A stretch of 63,849 bases of DNA, filler included, from Thelocarpon superellum (taxonomy: Eukaryota), in assembly GCA_026025795.1 (NCBI GenBank). It is 6 parts of 6 records of this genome, joined end to end, with 100 filler letters (N's around TTAATTAATTAA, not from the genome) between each part and the next. Parts side by side here need not be neighbours in the genome. Positions count along the whole stretch, not along the records: positions 1 to 11,407 come from JAPEUG010000502.1; positions 11,508 to 22,914 come from JAPEUG010000503.1; 4 more parts are not named here. One strand, written 5' to 3'. Both the position numbers and the translations under genes were made by a program. The notes below the pieces were generated by a model, which ran no database searches, was not told the origin of the DNA, and saw only the letters and a program-made list of their open reading frames with translations. Of this stretch, positions 1 to 11,698 are shown piece by piece (positions within the stretch are counted from its first letter, which is position 1; every line of letters starts with the position of its first letter).

Positions 1-240
1 GAGAAAGATCCCCAGCGGGGTGGGGGAAGGAAAGTGTGAGTGCTCGCGCAGATCCCAGCCCGTTCCCAGCATCCCGACATTCCGGCATCCCAGCATCCCA
101 GTAGCCCCAACCCATAAAAGTACGAGAACGATGTACGCCGGCCCGCGACACGCCAGCGTCCCACGTCAAAAGCTTCCTGCGACCCGATTGGATTCCCTTC
201 ACGTGACTCCGCGTCGCATCGATCCGAGTGCCTCACGTCG

Positions 241-3200
241 CTATGCCCATTTGGAAAAGTCAAAGCCGTCGGCCAGGGACTCGACATCGCCCTTGTCCTG
301 GCTGTCCGTCTCCGTCGTCGCCGTGGCGGCGGTCGACAAGATGCTCGACCGATGGCTGCCGAGCCCCTCGCTGAAGAAGGTGGCGGCGCTGGCCCGGCGC
401 GCGCTCAGCGAATCCCGCTGGGCGATGGAGTGGTCGAGCCGGGAGCCGAGCAAGGGGCCGGCCATGCCGAGGCCGCTGACGCTGGCGCCGGTGCCGGCGC
501 TCGACGGCGGCCCCGTCGGCGTGGTGGCGACGGACGAGGCCGTGGGCGAGCCGGCGTGCTTGTCGCGCAGCTTGACGATCTCGCGCAGCCGGTTGCGCCA
601 GCTCGACACGTGCTCGCCGCCCTCGCGGTTGGCCCAGACGAGGGAGAAGACGGAGGCGTTGAGGGCCAGCAGGCGCACGAACGCCGGCAGGCTCTGGCCC
701 GACACGATCTTGCTCTCCGCCGCGGCGGAGATCTCGGGGAAGCCCGGCCGGCTCATGACCTGCACCTTGTAGAACTGCTTCTGCACCTCGTGGTCGCGCA
801 TGCGCGTGCCCACGAACGAGGCGCGCGACTCGGGCGTGATGACGATGTTGACGTAGTTGAAGTCCGACGGGAAGGTGTCGAAGCGGAAGGGCAGGCCCGA
901 GTCGTTGAAGATGATGTTGACAAAGTCGTTGCCCGTGTGCCGCTTCTTGTTGGTGCAATGCGGGTCGTGCTCCTTGTTCGTCGGCATCATCGTCGCCACG
1001 TGGAAGACCATCTCCGTCACGCGGTCGCGCCAGCAGATGGCGAACTCGCCGTCCGTGTCGTACTCGCGATCCAGGCCCTGCGTGTTGAACTGCGCCCCCT
1101 TGAGCCGCACCAGCGTGCCCACGCCCTCGAGGAAGGCGGTGTAGTCGCTGCTGCCGATGAAGTTGGCCAGGATCGCGGCCTCCTTGGTCTGGCCCGCGCC
1201 GATGTAGATGATCCCGACCTTGTGCCCATCCACCGTCGGGATGCGGTCGAGCGCCGCCAGCGCCCGGTTGGTCGAGTCGTCGTGCGGCAGCGGGATGGGC
1301 CGCGTCGCCTCCACCGTGCGCGTCGACGACGACATCAGCTGCAGCATGATGTGGTTCGGCAGCACCGCCACCCGCGACGCCTCGTCCTGCGCGTCGGTCA
1401 TGGTGTGCGACGACAGCGGGATCTGGTGCAGCGGCCGCGGCGCCAGCGTGGAGCGGTACGTCGCGTGCGTCGTCGCCGACGCCTGCCGCTTCGTGAGCTG
1501 CGACGCCCCCGTCGCCACGGCCGTCTCGACCGTCAGCAGGCTGAGCCCGAGCACCCACGACTTCTTGGAGATGGCCCCGTCCGCCGCGCTGGCAAAGTGC
1601 GCGTCGGGCAAGGTCTCGTCAAAGTCCGAGTACGTGACGCGCTGCATCATGTCGATCGTCACCAGGCTCTGCTCGTCGATGTTCTCGCGCCCGTTGGGCT
1701 CGACGGCCACCAGGTTCCTGGTGATCCAGCTGATGTAGCGGCTGCGGTCCACCAGCTTCAGCGACATGAACCAGAACGTGATGACGTGGTACGCCAGCGC
1801 GTACACGTACTGGGGCAGGTCATCCGCCGACGAGTCGGGCGTCACCGGCGGCGGTGGCGGCGTCTCCATGGCCGGCGAGAAGTCGCGCGACACCGTGCTG
1901 GGCCGGGTCGAGGCGTAGCTGGTGCGGGCCGACTGCGGGCCGGATCCGCCACCACCGCCGCCGATGGCGCCGCTGGCCGCGCTATGCCCGCGCTGGTCGC
2001 GCACGTACTGCAGGTAGCGGAAGCAGATGCCAAAGACCCGCCGATACTCGTCCTCGCGGAAGTTGACGTACACCTCGGGCATGCGCGCCAGCCCGCCGAG
2101 GAACTCGAGCACGTGGACGGCGACGTGGGACTGGGTGATGATCTGCGACATGCGCTGCAGGATGGTGTTGAGCGACTTGCTCAGCGACAGCGGCAGCTCG
2201 TAGCAGCAGACCCCGAGCGCGTGCACGCAGCACGTCGCCGTGCGCTCCCACGAGCCGACGCCGAGCATAAAGGTGCGCACCATCTCGTCCTGCTCGTTCT
2301 TCGAGAAGTGCTCGTGGTAGCTGACCAGCATGGTCAGGATGTGGAAGATGCAGATGGTCATGTCGGCCTTCTTGAGCCCCGACGACGCCGGCGGCTCGTG
2401 AAAGTTGGTCGTCTTCATCTGCTCGCACAGCACGTTGCGCAGCAGCTTGATCTGCGGCACCGCGCCCGCGAAGAGCGAGTGGTTGCTCAGCTGGGCGCCG
2501 AGGTGCACGAGCACGTAGCTGTACACCTCCCAGTCGCCGCCCTGCTGGATGATGGAGATGACCAGCTCGAGCCAGACGTTGATCTTGAGCGCCATGCGCT
2601 CCTCGGCCGCCGCCGCCGTGGGCGAGAAGGGGATGGCGTTGGTGCAGGAGTAGAGCAGCTGGCTGGCCGCCGTCGACGGCTCCACCGGCAGCGGTGCAGG
2701 GTCGGGATAGAGCCAGAGTGGCGCCGTGGCCCGGAGCGAGCGCGCCGCCCCGCTCACCGTGCGCGTCGTGGAGCGCGAGAGGGCGGACACGCTCTGGCCC
2801 AGCGACGTGCCGCGGCTGGAGCGGGCCGAGGTGGGCTCGTCGGCGCGGCCGTGCCGGTGCGGGCCGCTCTCATCCGCCGCCTGCTTCATCGCGAGCGAGT
2901 CGACGGTGCGATAGAGCGAGGCGGCGATGGTCTCGCTCTGCGTCGCCTGGACGATGAGGATGCCGTGCGCCCAATCGCTGCGCAGGCGGACGAGGAGCTT
3001 CAGGGCGCACAGGCGCGCCTCCGTGTGCCCGAGCTTGGCCTGGGCGACGTCGAGGATGGCGTCAAAGGTCTTGCTGGCCTTGGCCGCGTCGCGGGTGACG
3101 GCGTGGATGAAGATGGTCACGAGGGCGCGCGTGGCCATGGTGGCGAGGAGGACGGGCGGCGGCGTGGGCACCGCCGCCGAGGAGACGGACGAGGACGACG

Positions 3201-5166
3201 GCCGCGAGCTGGACGAGCCCGTCCGCGAGCTCGGGGACGCGAGCGGCGTGGCGGGCGCGTCGCGCGGCAAGGCGCAGTGACGCAGGTGCTCGATGATCAG
3301 ATCGCACAGCTTGGGCCCAACCTGGCGTGCGACGTCGGCGGCGAAGGCGACGAGGGGCTCGATGACCTCCCCGTCACGCTCGTGCCGCATCGTCTCCATC
3401 AGGGGCGCGACGAAGGCGGTGACGGTGTCGGGCGGCAGCATGTCCGTAATCACCTCGAACACGCCGCGGATGGCGAGGATGACGGGGACGCGCACGGAGG
3501 CCGGCCGCTTCGCATCCTTGAAGAAGTTGTCGAGCAGCTGGTCCTTGTGCTGGACCCAGTCGGGATGGGAGGGGTAGCAGAGGTTCTCGTCCATGTAATG
3601 CGTCACCACCAGCTGCGCGGTGGAGTCGGGGATGTGCTCGTGCACGGTCATGAAGAAGGACATGATGGGCCCCTTTTGCACGAGATCGGGCTCGCCCAGG
3701 CACATGGTCTGCAGCTGCTCGATGATGCGAAAGAGGTTCAGCGAGAGCTTGGTGGCCCAGTCGCGGTCGCGGACCGCGCGGGAGGACGCGGTCGAGGCGG
3801 ACGACTGCAGCGAGGCCTCGACCATGCGCACGTCGACGAGTTTGACGGCGCGACGGGCGCACTGGGCGATGATGTCGAGCAGCACGGACCAGTCGTCTTC
3901 CTGCAGCGCCTGGGCCCGTAGCTCCTCGTCCTCGAGGTGGCTGAGCAGCGCATCGAGCAGGTCCACCTCGAGCCGGGCGCTGTCGGCGGCGAGCGCCTTC
4001 TGGAAGGCATCGAGCAGCAGGGAGAAGGAGACGAGCGGCAGGCCGTCGGCGCCGTTGGCGCGCATGATCTTGTCGGCGATGATGGCGGCGCCGCGCACGG
4101 TGTTGGTGTTCGCCCCGGCCTGCAGTGCCGGGGCGCGGATGATGTTGAGCAAGGAGGTGAGGGTGTTCTGGGCGACGTGGGAGCGGCACAGGTTGCTGAT
4201 GGCGCTCCAGGTGGGGTCGGCCAGCTCCTTGACGGTGCTGAAGGTGCCGCAGAGGACCTCGAGGCAGGGCTCGAGCTGGGCGCGCGGGATGTCGCCGTAG
4301 GTGATGAGGCCGTGGATGATGCCGATGGAGTTCTTGATGTCCGAGCCGGCCGTCGTCTTCTTGCAGATGGCCAGGATCTGGTCGAGCAGGGCGAGGATCT
4401 CGTGCTCCTGGAAGGCGTTGAAGCTGAAGCGGATGACGTCGTTGACGAAGCTGAAGAGCTCGTGCAGGTTGGTCTCCTCGCCCTGCACGCCGCCGCCCGA
4501 CTTGGTGCTGCCCTTGTCCTTCTCCTTCTTGCGCGCCGCGGCCGAGGCGCGGAACCACTCGGCCAGCCACTTGGTCAGCAGCGGCATCATGACACCCTCG
4601 AAGGCGTTGATGTCCTTGCCGCCGTTGGTCAGCTCGACCATGGCGTTGAGCTGCAGGTGGAAGTCGTCCGGATTGCAGGGGACGGAGAGCGTCTTGAAGA
4701 ACTGCCGGCGCTCGAGCGGGGTGGGGTGCGAGTGCTTGACGCACGCCGTGAGCAGGTCGAAGCCGGCCCGGCGCGCCTCGGCCGGCAGGTCGGCGGCGGT
4801 GAGGTCCTGCGCCTCGGCCCAGATGCCCATGATGCTGGTGAGCGAAATGTCCTCGACCACATGGCGGAGGGCCTCGGCGGCCGCGATGCGCTGCGGCAGC
4901 GGCTGGCCCGGCCGGATCTGCTCATAGTGCTGGTCGACGTCAAGGTTGGCGGGGACGGCGCCGTAGGGCCCGGCCGCGCTCACGGCCGCCTTGCTGAGCG
5001 TGCGGCCGAGCAGCAGGTTGGCCGTCGGGGCCAGGGCGATGTTGGGCGACGAGACGGCGGCGGGGGCGCGGGTGCCGCGGGTGAGGTGCTTGAGCACGCC
5101 GGCGATGCCGGAGCTGGCCTTGGGATCCGCCGTTTGCGCTTCATCGTTGGCCGGAGACGGAGACAT
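241..5166 (-). CDS. TSC2: Tuberin (TSC2), Rheb GTPase-activating protein; intronless, 1641 aa
   Basis: Long ORF with strongly GC3-biased codons. N-terminal helical (DUF3384-like) region, Tuberin-domain text (DWEVYSYVLVHL...CCYELPLS...HVAVHVLEFLGGLARMP) and a C-terminal Rap/Ran-GAP domain (HKVGIIYIG...EMVFHVATMMP...KKRHTGNDFVNIIFN). Confidence 0.95.
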   Translation of the reverse strand: MSPSPANDEAQTADPKASSGIAGVLKHLTRGTRAPAAVSSPNIALAPTANLLLGRTLSKAAVSAAGPYGAVPANLDVDQHYEQIRPGQPLPQRIAAAEALRHVVEDISLTSIMGIWAEAQDLTAADLPAEARRAGFDLLTACVKHSHPTPLERRQFFKTLSVPCNPDDFHLQLNAMVELTNGGKDINAFEGVMMPLLTKWLAEWFRASAAARKKEKDKGSTKSGGGVQGEETNLHELFSFVNDVIRFSFNAFQEHEILALLDQILAICKKTTAGSDIKNSIGIIHGLITYGDIPRAQLEPCLEVLCGTFSTVKELADPTWSAISNLCRSHVAQNTLTSLLNIIRAPALQAGANTNTVRGAAIIADKIMRANGADGLPLVSFSLLLDAFQKALAADSARLEVDLLDALLSHLEDEELRAQALQEDDWSVLLDIIAQCARRAVKLVDVRMVEASLQSSASTASSRAVRDRDWATKLSLNLFRIIEQLQTMCLGEPDLVQKGPIMSFFMTVHEHIPDSTAQLVVTHYMDENLCYPSHPDWVQHKDQLLDNFFKDAKRPASVRVPVILAIRGVFEVITDMLPPDTVTAFVAPLMETMRHERDGEVIEPLVAFAADVARQVGPKLCDLIIEHLRHCALPRDAPATPLASPSSRTGSSSSRPSSSSVSSAAVPTPPPVLLATMATRALVTIFIHAVTRDAAKASKTFDAILDVAQAKLGHTEARLCALKLLVRLRSDWAHGILIVQATQSETIAASLYRTVDSLAMKQAADESGPHRHGRADEPTSARSSRGTSLGQSVSALSRSTTRTVSGAARSLRATAPLWLYPDPAPLPVEPSTAASQLLYSCTNAIPFSPTAAAAEERMALKINVWLELVISIIQQGGDWEVYSYVLVHLGAQLSNHSLFAGAVPQIKLLRNVLCEQMKTTNFHEPPASSGLKKADMTICIFHILTMLVSYHEHFSKNEQDEMVRTFMLGVGSWERTATCCVHALGVCCYELPLSLSKSLNTILQRMSQIITQSHVAVHVLEFLGGLARMPEVYVNFREDEYRRVFGICFRYLQYVRDQRGHSAASGAIGGGGGGSGPQSARTSYASTRPSTVSRDFSPAMETPPPPPVTPDSSADDLPQYVYALAYHVITFWFMSLKLVDRSRYISWITRNLVAVEPNGRENIDEQSLVTIDMMQRVTYSDFDETLPDAHFASAADGAISKKSWVLGLSLLTVETAVATGASQLTKRQASATTHATYRSTLAPRPLHQIPLSSHTMTDAQDEASRVAVLPNHIMLQLMSSSTRTVEATRPIPLPHDDSTNRALAALDRIPTVDGHKVGIIYIGAGQTKEAAILANFIGSSDYTAFLEGVGTLVRLKGAQFNTQGLDREYDTDGEFAICWRDRVTEMVFHVATMMPTNKEHDPHCTNKKRHTGNDFVNIIFNDSGLPFRFDTFPSDFNYVNIVITPESRASFVGTRMRDHEVQKQFYKVQVMSRPGFPEISAAAESKIVSGQSLPAFVRLLALNASVFSLVWANREGGEHVSSWRNRLREIVKLRDKHAGSPTASSVATTPTGPPSSAGTGASVSGLGMAGPLLGSRLDHSIAQRDSLSARRASAATFFSEGLGSHRSSILSTAATATTETDSQDKGDVESLADGFDFSKWA

Positions 5167-6287
5167 ACGATGCGAGCCGGCTACGGTCGGGACGCTCAGT
5201 CAGGCGCGTGATCATCCTCAGGCGGCTCCAGCAGGGCAGGGAGGAAGCGCCGGGGCGCGTGGAGAGCGGCGGCCGCGAGAGGCCATGGGACAACGCGGGC
5301 GGAGAAGAGGAGAACAGGAGGAGCAGAGGCAGACGGAGGACGACGGACGAGAATTGCGAAATGCGGATCGCGACTTGCGACTGCGGCCACACGTACCTGA
5401 GCGGTCCGTGCTCGCACTCCCTCCCATCCTGGGACTAGTGCGTGAAGAAGACTCTGGTCGAGCAGCTGGGGACAGCTGATTTAGCGTGCCTTGGATACGC
5501 TAGGCCTCTTGGGGCCAGCGGTGCGTGAAGCACGGCGATGACGTGGGTGATGCTCTCGTCCGCCGTAATCAACCTGGCCTTTGCGGTGCTCGCGGCGGGC
5601 AGATGCCCGTAGGGCAAGGCGGAGCGATGCCTGACGCTGGTGGTTGGGTACGGAACCCCGTCTCCGCCATGCCCGCATGCTGTCCGCCGTGGACTCGTTG
5701 GTCAATAGTAATCATCATGGTATGAGAGAAGTACGCAGTTCTGCTCGCCCAGGTCGGCTGCGAGCCCTGATAGCCCTGCGGCAGTTGCCGTCGAGCCTCA
5801 AACAACTGGCACGCGGAACTACGAGGACGATTCCCGTCCCGTTCTCTGGTAAGTGTTCGTACCGGCACGACGGCGAGTGAGGTTTCGCCAAGCAAACCAT
5901 TGTTGCGCCAAAAGCCACCGGGTAGCACAACCGATCCGCGGTAGACGCCCCGGTATCCGGAGTAACTGCGGAAGCCACGCCGTAATAATTCCTGCGGACC
6001 TTGACCTTGGTGCCTGCGGTGGGGACTGCTACCCACGCCCTCGTCGTACAGCGGGAGGTACCCGAGGTATCCTTTCGGTGGAGAGATGACCAAAGTGACG
6101 TGATAATCTTCTCCCGCGGCCGCTTGTCCGAGTAGACGAAACACAAGACCCGCGAGCCAAGCACGCAGGACCGTCACCCTCCGCCGCCCGGCACCGCCAG
6201 TCCCGCTGCCCGTCCGGCAGGACCCTCGGCCGTCGTGGTGGTGCTTGACCTCCGTCCTGGGGCCCATCGCGCACTCTCGGACGCATC

Positions 6288-9200
6288 ATGGCCTCCTTTG
6301 GCACGGCGCCGGACCTGACCTCCGTCGCCCAGCTTCTGGATGCAACGCTGGACCCGCGCACCAACAAACAAGGTATCGTTCCTCGCCGCCGCATGACCGC
6401 AGCCCCCCTTCCGCCCCAGCCGCTCTCGCCGTCGTACTGACATGACCTAAGCGGAGCTCGCCATCCTGCAGCACGAGCGCGCCCCCGGCTTCTCCTTGCT
6501 CCTGTTGCAGATCGTCGCCAGCGATGCCTTCACCCACACGACCCGCCTCGCCAGCGCCCTGTGCTTTAAGAACTTCATCAAACGCAATTGGACGGACGAG
6601 GATGGCAACTACAAGCTCGCACAGGACGAGGTCGTCGCCATCAAGCAGGAGCTTATTGGCCTCATGGCCGCCGTCACCCCGGCCATCCAGTCGCAGCTCG
6701 GCGACGCCATCAGCGTCATCGCCGACAGCGACTTCTGGCAGCGCTGGGACACGCTGGTTGACGACCTGGTCGCCCGGCTGACGCCCGACAACGCCACCGT
6801 CAACAATGGCGTGCTCCAGGTGGCCCACTCCATCTTCCGCCGCTGGAGGCCCCTGTTCCGCTCCGACGACCTCTTCACCGAGATCCTCCATGTCCTGGGC
6901 AAGTTTGGCACCCCCTTCCTGACCCTCTTCGAGAACGTCGACCGCCAGATCGAGCAGTACCGCGACGACAAGCCCGCCCTCCTACGCCTCTTCACCACGC
7001 TCAACCTCATGGTCAAGCTCTTCTACGACCTGTCCTGCCAAGATCTGCCCCCCATCTTCGAGGAGAACCTGCCGGCCATCACCTCGCTGCTGCACAAATA
7101 CCTCACCTACGAGAACCCGCTGCTGACCACGGACGATGAGTCCGAGGCCGGCCCGCTCGAGCACGTCAAGGCCGGCATCTGCGAGGTGCTGGTGCTCTAC
7201 GTGCAGAAGTACGAAGATGCCTTTGGCCCGCTCCTGGCCCAATTCATCACCAGCTCCTGGAACCTGTTGACCACCGTCGGGCCCGAGCCGCGGTACGATC
7301 TGTTGGTCAGCAAGGCGCTGCAGTTCCTGACGGCCGTCACCCACTCGCGCGAACACGCGGAGAACTTCAACAACGAGCAGGTCATGGCGCAGGTGGTGGA
7401 GAAGGTCATCTTGCCCAACCTCCGCCTGCGCCCCTCCGACCTCGAGCTCTTCGAGGACGAGCCGATCGAGTTCATCCGCCGCGACCTCGAGGGCTCCGAC
7501 AGCGACACCCGCCGCCGCGCCGCCACCGACTTCCTGCGCCAGCTGATGGAGCAGTTCGAGCGACTCGTGACCGACGTCGTGTCGCGCTACATCGAGCACT
7601 ACATCGGCGACTACGCCCAGGATCCGGCGCAGAACTGGCAGTCCAAGGATACCGCCGTCTATCTCTTCTCCTCCATCGCCGCCAAGGGCGTCGTCACCAC
7701 CGCTCAGGGCGTCAAGAGCACCAACATGCTCGTCGACGTCGTCGATTTCTTCCAGAAGAACGTCGTGGGCGATCTCGTGGCCGACGGCGGCGTCCCACCC
7801 ATCTTGCTGGTCGACGCCATCAAGTTCCTCTACACCTTCCGCAGTCAGCTGACCCGGGAGCAATGGCACGCCGCCTTCCCCCTGCTCGTCAAGCATCTCG
7901 ATGCGGCCGACTACGTCGTCTACACCTACGCCGCCATCGCCATCGAGCGCGTCCTCTTCCTCACCGACGACCAGCGCGCGCCCATCTTCCGCAAGGAAGA
8001 GGTGGCGCCGCTGGCCCCGACCCTCCTCGAGCATCTGTTCAGGCTGGTGGAGAAGGAATCGAGCCCGCAGAAGGTGCAGGAGAACGAGTTCCTGATGAAG
8101 TGCGTCATGCGCGTCATCATCGTCATCAAGGAAGACGTCGTCCCCCTGACCGACTCCGTCCTGTCGCATCTCATCAAGATCACCAAGATCATGAAGGACA
8201 ATCCCAGCAATCCCCGCTTCTACTACTATCACTTCGAGGCCCTCGGCGCCATCATCCGCTTCGCCGCGCCGTCACAGCCGGACAAGATGGAGCAGATGCT
8301 CTACGAGCCCTTCGCCGCCCTCCTCCAGCAAGACGTGCAGGAGTTCATGCCCTACGTCTTCCAGCTCTTTGCCGCGCTGCTGGAGGCGAACCCGTCGGCC
8401 TCGCTGTCGGAATACTACACCTCGCTCATCCAGCCCATCATCATGCCCTCGCTGTGGGAGTCCAAGGGCAACGTCCCGGCGCTGGTCCGGCTGCTGTCGT
8501 CCATCATCCCGCGGGGCGCGGCCGAGATCGCCGCCAATAACCAGCTCGAGCCCATCCTCGGCATCTTCCAACGCCTGATCGCGGCCAAGGCCACGGACAG
8601 CTACGCCTTCGACCTCGTCGAGACCGTCATCGCCACCTTTCCCGTCGCCACGCTCCAGCCCTACTTCGTGCCGATGCTCAATATGATGTTGACCCGGCTG
8701 CAACACTCCCGCACGGACAGCCTCTGCCTACGCTTTGTCAAGTTCTACCACTTTCTGTCGGCCCGCGACAAAGACGGCCTGGGGGCCGACTTTGTCATCG
8801 GCATCGCCGAACAGGTGCAAGCCGAGTAAGTGGCGTGACGCCGAGCGTGCCCGCTTCCCCACACCCGTCGATCGCTGACCGGGCCTAGCGTCTTCACGCC
8901 CCTCTACATGACCATCATCCTCCCGGAGACGCAGAAGATCGCGCGGCCCTTCGACCGCAAGACGGCCGTGGTCTCCCTGACCAAGACGCTGACCGACTCG
9001 GCCGCCTTTGCGGAACGGTACAAGAAGGGCTGGGCGTACACGTGTGAGGCCCTCCTCAAGCTTCTGGAGAACCCGCCGCTGCCAACGACGGCGGACGACA
9101 CCATCCCCGACCTGGACGTGGATGAGCTCAGCTTCGCCGTCGACTTCACCCAGCTCAACACGTGCCGCCGCCTGCCCCGCGATCCGTGGCCCGAGGTGAC

Positions 9201-9408
9201 GGACGTCAAGCGATGGGTGGGCCACTACCTGAAGGAAGCAGACGCACGACACAATGGTCGGGTACGTTGCACGGCGCCCCTCACCCTCCGCGCCCGCGCC
9301 CGCGCCCGCACTCGAACTAACCACGTCTAGATCGCCGGCTTTGTGCAAGAACGGCTGTCCGCCGCGGCCCAGGCCGTCCTGAGCTCGTATATGCAGGGCA
9401 AGGTGTAA
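6288..9408 (+). CDS. CSE1: Exportin-2 / importin-alpha re-exporter Cse1; 4 exons (6288-6372, 6452-8825, 8889-9261, 9331-9408)
   Basis: IBN_N motif (TRLASALCFKNFIKRNW) and Cse1 motifs (ELFEDEPIEFIRRDLEGSDSDTRRRAATDF; ENEFLMKCVMR; NPSNPRFYYYHFE). Introns 6373-6451, 8826-8888 and 9262-9330 have GT..AG ends and branch points, and splicing keeps the frame. Confidence 0.95.
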
Positions 9409-10439
9409 CAGCCAATGAAGGGAGGGAGCATCTCCGTGTCGGTCCTTGCATATTCCCATCTAGACTGTTGCACGACCGCCTTGTCTGTCGTGGCCGGGGG
9501 CCATCTGTCGCAGGAATGAATCTGATGAGCGTACATGTTGCCCCATGTCCGGGAGTTGAAATGTTGGGCGAGTCTGGTGTGCCTGGCGCGTCATGGAACC
9601 GCGGAGTGAATCTGCTCCATCTTCGCTCCTTCTCACAGCTTGGCCGCCTCTTTGTCGGCATCACTAAGCCTCATCAGGTGCCGCTTGCGGTGCGAGTCAC
9701 GTGACGACGAGCGATCTGGTCACGCGTGGATCCACCCTATTCCGCCAACACACAGTCTCCGATTGACGATGCCACCCCGGCGTCGAAGACACTTCTCATC
9801 TGATGGTGTTATATCAAGACCGTGGTGTACATCTCGACCAATAGTATCACTTGAAAGTCACATTCGGCCGATTCTCAATCCTCTTCTCGCCCGCTCGAGG
9901 TCGTGCTTACATAATCTCACCTCCGTCGCTCCCCTTCTCCTTGGACGTGAGAACCCGGCTGAACGTGGATCATGGCTCCCCCTCCAGCTGCGCGCGAACG
10001 AGATGACGACCCCAAATGCACCAGCGGTGCGCCAGGGAAGGATTAGCGCTTTGTTCAAGGACCATGATCAGCGTCTTTGTCCTGTTCGAGGTCGTTAGTC
10101 GGCTGGTTTGTTAACGCAAGATTGTGAAGTCGTGGGTATCCCACCATCGCGACCGCTTTGAAATGAGTTGGAAGAAGACGAAAATACTGTCTCAATGATG
10201 GTCTCTTTCCTCCATCAATCTTCTTGGTGCTCCAGCACGCGTCACTTCCAAAAAGCTGGTGGCCCTTCCGCGCTCCCAAAGATCATTCCCGGTGACCATC
10301 CGCCTCCAGGCCTTCCCCCTCATCCATCCCAATCGATCGCGAGCGCCGTGCTCGGTCGACATAGAGTTCGGGAGACCTTTCGATCCTTTCATCGCCTGTC
10401 CAGGAGTCCTTCGTGCCCCAACCTCCGTATCAGCTGACG

Positions 10440-11407
10440 ATGCCTCGCCCCGGGCACCGGGGCCCTCCATCAAATGCGCAGGCGGCGCTCAAGGCGAAAG
10501 CGGCCCTCCGGAAGACTAAGAAGGTGCCGTCGAAGGGTAAGGCACGTTGGAGAGAGCGGCATCCGGGCTTCTACGACTTGCCAGTCGAGCTACAGAACCA
10601 GATCCTGGAGTACTGTCTGGTCACGGACACGGGCAAGCTGTCCCCGGGAGGCACGCTGGATTACGGCCCCAACAAGCCCACGGTCGCTCTGCTCCGGGTC
10701 AGTCGACATTTCCATCACCTGGCAGCTCCCATCTTCTACGGCCAAAACACCTTTGTGGCCACACATGGGCGGCCGTGGGAGGAGGAAGCGTGGTTCAACC
10801 AGGCCACCAAGCCTCGCATCCGCCGTGCCGAGATCCAGTTTGGCGGCAACCTGAGTGGTGTCTCGACTGGCGCCCATCCGCTCCTGTTTAAGGAACGATT
10901 CGACCCCCCCATTTGCGTTTGCGAATTGCCCCCGTGCTCTGAGCGACGGGGGGAGAGGGCCAAAATGGAGGCTATCAAGAGTTTGTCCCTACGCCACCTA
11001 CGCATCGATATGCGGGGAGCCCCCTTCCCGCATGAAACCCCCCGGGATGCCATCATGCCGGCGGAATCCATTCAGTTTGACGCCGAACGGGACTCCGGTG
11101 TGCCCTATGAGGTCGAGATCACCGGACTCAGCGACGAAGAGCAGGCCGCCGAGGTGCAGCGGACCATCGTCGAGGGCAATCCCAACGTCGACTGGGCAAA
11201 CATCATGGTGATCATAAGCACTGGCCCGGATCCCGGGCGCGATCACGACATACCTCGCGGAACCTGGGACTGGCCCACGACTCCTCTTTACGTGGAAATT
11301 CCACCGGCCTATGACGAGGTGGATTTCAAGCTTCCAAAGAAGATCACCACGATTCATTGGACGAATATGAAGAACCCCTTCCACTCCCGTTGTTGGGAAA
11401 CTCGGGA
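10440..11407 (+). CDS. Hypothetical protein with an F-box-like motif (fungal 2EXR/DUF7730-like architecture); 3' end truncated by the contig end
   Basis: Basic N-terminus followed by FYDLPVELQNQILEYCL...LLRVSRHFHHLAAPIFYGQNTF, a pattern typical of fungal F-box-like hypothetical proteins. The ORF runs into the N pad. Confidence 0.6.
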
Positions 11408-11507
11408 NNNNNNNNNNNNNNNNNNNNNNNNNNNNNNNNNNNNNNNNNNNNTTAATTAATTAANNNNNNNNNNNNNNNNNNNNNNNNNNNNNNNNNNNNN
11501 NNNNNNN
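11408..11507. other. Artificial contig-joining spacer (N44-TTAATTAATTAA-N44)
   Basis: Exactly 100 bp with a central all-six-frame stop linker, identical to the four other pads. Confidence 0.98.
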
Positions 11508-11698
11508 AACCATGCATAACATTCAAGGGCTATAGCTGTCGATGCTATATCTTGGCAGATGACTCTTTACAAGCATCGAATGCCCTACTCGTCCAAGGCA
11601 GCTGTTCTTCGCGAGGCAAGTGGAGGTGGTATAGATTGTACGTGCGGCCCCGATCTACCAGATCACTCCGTCCCTGTTCTCACCTCCCTTTGCTCACC

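Noticed and set aside
352..5211. Very long antisense and alternate-frame ORFs (1189 aa, 424 aa etc.) over TSC2; likewise over CSE1, ISWI (825 aa) and CHD1
   Set aside because: Shadow ORFs produced by extreme GC3 bias. The products are low-information and overlap well-supported genes.
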